A stretch of DNA of 64,000 nt from Octopus vulgaris (Eukaryota): positions 98,890,001 through 98,954,000 of the forward strand of contig OX597817.1 in the NCBI GenBank assembly GCA_951406725.2, given 5' to 3'. Both the position numbers and the translations under genes were made by a program. The notes under the pieces were generated by a model. It did no database searches, was not told the origin of the DNA, and was given only the letters and a program-made list of their open reading frames with translations. Below are positions 63,866-64,000 of this stretch, piece after piece. How positions within the stretch are numbered: position 1 is the stretch's first letter; every line of letters begins with the position of its first letter.

Positions 63866-64000
63866 AGAAACTGCATGCTATGCATTACCTGGGTGTGGAC
63901 AGGACCCTGTTACTGCCGAAAAAAATTGATGCTGACATCACTAGGAGAAGCGTCCGAAAGGTGGTCGGGAGCTGCGACAGGTGTCAGTCCATCGACCCTT
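63860..64000 (+). pseudogene. Integrase N-terminal zinc-binding domain (frameshifted continuation, runs off the window)
   Basis: ELKKLHAMHYLGVDRT...VRKVVGSCDRCQSIDP is HHCC-like. Confidence 0.75.

Noticed and set aside
63259-63885. 208-aa antisense ORF, plus 62087-62530 and 30772-31179
   Set aside because: These are shadow ORFs opposite retroelement coding sequence with no recognisable motifs.

Overview
This is eukaryotic, almost entirely repeat-derived DNA. The tRNA-derived CORE-type SINEs, RTE LINE 3' tails ending in (GAT)n and dense (TA)n/(CA)n microsatellites suggest a cephalopod (Octopus-like) genome; that assignment is an inference. No host protein-coding gene can be supported. The window is a nested mosaic of LTR retrotransposons, LINEs (RTE, CR1, Tx1/L1-like, R4/Dong-like, HERO-like), Penelope-like elements carrying minimal hammerhead ribozymes, non-autonomous Helitrons, mariner (DD34D) and maT (DD37D) relics, and palindromic MITEs with 8-bp TSDs and telomere-repeat cores. 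The most striking signal is a GC-rich LTR retrotransposon family with one copy at each end of the window. Its primer-binding site is not the canonical TGG/tRNA-3'-end type. Instead it is the exact complement of the first 12 nt of eukaryotic tRNA-Phe, implying priming from a cleaved 5' tRNA fragment. Coordinates of decayed elements are approximate, and family names come from motif recognition, not database searches.
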